Shown: piece after piece, positions 53,510 through 53,510 of the stretch
How the letters are laid out: the number at the start of each line of letters is the position of its first letter
How positions within the stretch are numbered: the first letter of the stretch is position 1
IMG/VR virus record: IMGVR_UViG_3300031578_000047
Coordinates: 1 to 53,510 of that record
Direction: 5' to 3' (one strand)
DNA: 53,510 nucleotides
Origin: a virus
Lineage: Duplodnaviria > Caudoviricetes
The notes under the pieces: model-generated
Told to the model about the DNA's origin: nothing
What the model saw: the letters and a program-made list of their open reading frames with translations, nothing else
Database searches by the model: none
Position numbers and translations under genes: made by a program

Positions 53510-53510
53510 T

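Larger units (their letters stand above)
1..53510. mobile_element. Near-complete podovirus-like dsDNA phage genome (BPP-1/epsilon15-like late gene order), ends truncated
   Basis: Minus-strand order terminase-portal-scaffold-capsid-tail tube A/B-internal virion proteins-fibres-lysis; no tape measure or sheath; no host housekeeping genes. Confidence 0.93.

Noticed and set aside
1-53510. Apparent abundance of CTCGAG and GATC sites
   Set aside because: Plausibly explained by Leu-Glu and Ile/Asp codon usage; cannot be quantified without computation
1-53510. Terminal repeats, att sites or stop-codon recoding
   Set aside because: No end-to-end repeat, integrase or host flanks were seen; genes pack fully under the standard code with all three stops used

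Overview
The window is a near-complete genome of a GC-rich tailed dsDNA phage with podovirus-type architecture (BPP-1/epsilon15-like gene order). It probably infects a Gram-negative host, since it encodes spanin-like and lipoprotein genes. Both ends appear truncated, and the 3' end of a probable terS lies at the right edge. Layout: (1) 1-2070 (+): early cluster with an N6-adenine DNA methyltransferase, a Zn-finger protein and an XRE-HTH protein. (2) 2067-9519 (-): DNA-metabolism operon with a ribbon-helix-helix regulator, ParB-like protein, SF2 helicase, DUF1064-type nuclease and Ref-like HNH nuclease. (3) 9580-12475 (+): recombination operon with a coiled-coil protein, ERF annealase, YqaJ exonuclease and Lar-like protein. 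(4) 53510-12554 (-): late region with terminase, portal, scaffold, capsid, tail tube A/B, ejection proteins, three fibre-like modules and an enlarged lysis/envelope module. I found no integrase, DNA polymerase, primase, reverse transcriptase, tRNA or CRISPR array. The most unusual features are: a signal-peptide/collagen/YadA-type barrel protein with a 122-aa extension after the barrel, inside the lysis module; a 5.6-kb six-gene cassette containing a minimal SPOUT methyltransferase that separates two ejection-protein genes; a 2339-aa polyvalent ejection protein with tandem JAB/RadC domains and an HExxH motif; a capsid mRNA leader with three copies of one internal loop; and a bidirectional promoter whose operator-like repeat recurs in the terS/packaging region. 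All family assignments come from motif recognition by eye. No database searches were run.
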